Assembly (NCBI GenBank): GCA_011390645.1
Contig: JAABRY010000011.1
Location: 1 to 51,232 of the forward strand
Direction: 5' to 3'
Source: Gemmatimonadota bacterium
GTDB lineage: Bacteria; Gemmatimonadota; Gemmatimonadetes; Gemmatimonadales; GWC2-71-9
Length of the DNA stretch: 51,232 bases
Shown piece by piece: positions 49,218 to 51,232 of this stretch (the first letter of the stretch is position 1; each line of letters begins with the position of its first letter). The position numbers and the translations under genes are program-made. The notes under the pieces were generated by a model that saw only the letters and a list, made by a program, of their open reading frames with translations, was not told the origin of the DNA and searched no databases.

Positions 49218-51232
49218 TCAGTGTCCCCCGCCATGATCGTCCGCGGCCTTCATGACCGGCTCCTGCGCCACCACCTTGGCAAGGTAGGTGACCGCGGGCC
49301 GGACGTTGATCAGTTCGAGCATGGTGTAGCCGCGGGGATCACGCGCCCACTGCACCACCTTCGCCTCCGGGTCCTTGACGTTGCCGAAGGCCATGGCGTT
49401 CGACGGGCAGGCCTGCACGCAGGCCGGCGTGATTTCGCCGTCGCGGAGCGCCCGATCCTCGAGGCGCGCCGTGTGCTGGGCCCCACGGATCCGCTGCACG
49501 CAGAAGGTGCACTTCTCCATGACACCACGCGCACGCACGGTGACTTCCGGGTTCAGCTGCAGGTTCAGCGGCTCCGGCCACGCCGACTCGTTGTACTTGA
49601 GCCAGTTGTAGTAGCGGACCTTGAACGGGCAGTTGTTGCTGCAATAGCGCGTGCCCACGCACCGGTTGTAGACCTGGCCGTTGAGGCCGTCCGGGGTGTG
49701 GTAGGCGGCATAGACCGGGCAGACCGGCTCGCACGGCGCGTTGTCGCAGTGCTGGCACATGATCGGAGCGAAGCGCGCCTCGATGGGCGCCCCGTCGTGG
49801 CCGCCCTCCCAGTACCGCTCGATGCGCATCCAGCTCATCTCGCGGCCCTTGAAGACCTGGTCTTCACCGACGGTCGGGATGTTGTTCTCGGCGTAGCACG
49901 CCGTGACGCACGCCGAACAGCCGGTGCAACGCGACAGGTCGACCGCCATGCCCCACTTCGGGGTCTCGTCCTTGCCGTACTCGCCGAGGTTCCACTTTTC
50001 CTTCTGCGCCTCGTACCAGCCGTCGATCGCCTCGAGCTCACGCGGCGTGTTGATCTCGTGGGGCTCGCCGCCGGCTGCCTTGTAGGCCTGCTCCGGCGTC
50101 ATCCCCTGCGAGGCAAAGGCGAGCGGCATCTGCTCGATGATGCCGCGACCGAGCTGGCGCGGGTTGCCCTCGGTCTTGGCGACTTGCCGGTACCCGGGCG
50201 TCTTGGCGACCGATACCGTCGTCGCGACGTAGGGGAGGAAACCCTGACCATCCGCGGCGCCAATGAGGTCGAGCGCGTTGACGCCACGTCCCTTGGCGTA
50301 CCGGCCATACTCGGTGTGTCCGAGTCCGAGGGGCATGCCGATCGTGTCTTGCCGGATGCCGTGGTAGACATAGACCTGCGCCTGCACGCTGCCGTGCTGC
50401 GTGGTCAGCTCGATGATCTCGCCCTCGCGCACGTCGAGTCGCTTGGCCGTTTCGGGGTGCAATTCCGCCCACGACTGCCAGGTGATCTTGGTCATCGGGT
50501 CGGGGTTCTCGAGCAACCACGGCTTGTTGGCGCCGCGACCATCGTGATACATGATCGAGGGATACGGCAGGAAGGTGAATTCCGCGGTGCCGTCGAGCGT
50601 CGGGACGGCGGGATCGATCGCCGTGGCCCCGGCAACCAGCTGCGGCTGCGAGATCGTCGGCTCGAGATAGACACCACCGCGCGCGAGCGCAGCGCGCCAG
50701 AATTCGTCGAAGTCTGCCGGCGCCCCGACCTGCCAGGCCGCCTGGAGGCGCGTCTCGAAATTCGGCTCCGCGAAGGCGGTTGCGGTGTCGCCACCGATGG
50801 CCTTGGCGACCTGGAGCAGCACGTCACCGGTGTGCATCCCGGGACGCACCGGGGTCATCACCGGCTGCAGCAGTGAGCGCGCACCCGGACGGGCAAAGAG
50901 GTCGTCCCAGCGCTCGAGCGCATGCAGGTTCGGGAGGATGAGGTCGCAGGCCGCGGCGGTCTCGTCGATCACGTTCGCCGTGCTGACCTTGAAGCCCACC
51001 TTCGCGAAGCTCTCCGCGAAGCGGCCGCTCTTCGGCAGCGCATAGAGCGGGTTCGCCTCGTGCACGAACACCACGTCGTACGCGCCAGAGGACATCCCCA
51101 CGAACAACTCCTGCACCGCGCCGTACCCGCCAGTCGGCGTGGTACCCGCGCCGAACTTCACCGTACTACCGAGGTTGCCGGCCGCCACGTTCGCGAGGTT
51201 GACGGCGCGGCAGAGATCGATGGCGCCACGGT
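49218..51232 (-). CDS. actB: Alternative complex III subunit ActB (molybdopterin-oxidoreductase-like + Fe-S domain), 5' truncated
   Basis: LERWDD, DGRGANKPWLLENPDPMTKITW, DLSRCTGCSACVTACYAENN, CQHCDNAPCEPVCP, YNRCVGTRYCSNNCP, RGVMEKCTFC, ACVQACP; frame open to the window edge. Confidence 0.93.
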   Translation of the reverse strand, partial: RGAIDLCRAVNLANVAAGNLGSTVKFGAGTTPTGGYGAVQELFVGMSSGAYDVVFVHEANPLYALPKSGRFAESFAKVGFKVSTANVIDETAAACDLILPNLHALERWDDLFARPGARSLLQPVMTPVRPGMHTGDVLLQVAKAIGGDTATAFAEPNFETRLQAAWQVGAPADFDEFWRAALARGGVYLEPTISQPQLVAGATAIDPAVPTLDGTAEFTFLPYPSIMYHDGRGANKPWLLENPDPMTKITWQSWAELHPETAKRLDVREGEIIELTTQHGSVQAQVYVYHGIRQDTIGMPLGLGHTEYGRYAKGRGVNALDLIGAADGQGFLPYVATTVSVAKTPGYRQVAKTEGNPRQLGRGIIEQMPLAFASQGMTPEQAYKAAGGEPHEINTPRELEAIDGWYEAQKEKWNLGEYGKDETPKWGMAVDLSRCTGCSACVTACYAENNIPTVGEDQVFKGREMSWMRIERYWEGGHDGAPIEARFAPIMCQHCDNAPCEPVCPVYAAYHTPDGLNGQVYNRCVGTRYCSNNCPFKVRYYNWLKYNESAWPEPLNLQLNPEVTVRARGVMEKCTFCVQRIRGAQHTARLEDRALRDGEITPACVQACPSNAMAFGNVKDPEAKVVQWARDPRGYTMLELINVRPAVTYLAKVVAQEPVMKAADDHGGGH

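Noticed and set aside
13-51045. Many long alternative-frame or antisense ORFs (e.g. 13..1485, 22397..24559, 25519..28059, 49137..50876)
   Set aside because: Arg/Pro/Ala-rich shadow ORFs overlapping well-supported genes, as expected in high-GC DNA; no recognisable motifs
49218-51232. Catalytic molybdoenzyme (polysulfide/DMSO reductase)
   Set aside because: Fusion to the Fe-S domain and the downstream NrfD, DUF3341, cytochrome c and ActF genes match alternative complex III, whose B subunit lacks a Mo cofactor

Overview
GC-rich bacterial window, most likely from a phototrophic member of Gemmatimonadota. This is an inference from gene content: purple-type reaction centre, C5-pathway hemL, a CruF-type hydratase, alternative complex III and a CarboxypepD-type TonB receptor. 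It carries one half of an anoxygenic photosynthesis gene cluster on the minus strand (bchI-bchD-puhE-cruF-crtF and bchC-bchX-bchY-bchZ-pufB-pufA-pufL-pufM-pufC). pufB and pufA are missing from the ORF track and were read by hand, and PpsR/CrtJ TGT-N12-ACA boxes lie before bchC and bchI. The cluster sits between a hemB-hemL-hemY-M16 peptidase run and an aldehyde dehydrogenase / glucosylglycerol-phosphate synthase / Na+:solute symporter run. Further right are a TonB receptor + YnjBCD-like ABC operon, a four-gene putative sphingolipid operon (spt, GNAT ceramide synthase, SDR reductase, AUR1/IPC-synthase-like PAP2), a blue-copper lipoprotein, a Cys-cluster protein, an ECF sigma/anti-sigma pair, and the distal part of an alternative complex III operon (actB partial, C, D, E, F). 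Two convergent intergenic regions contain inverted arrays of stop-codon-bearing heptamers. No rRNA, tRNA, CRISPR or mobile element was seen. All family calls come from motif recognition, not database searches.
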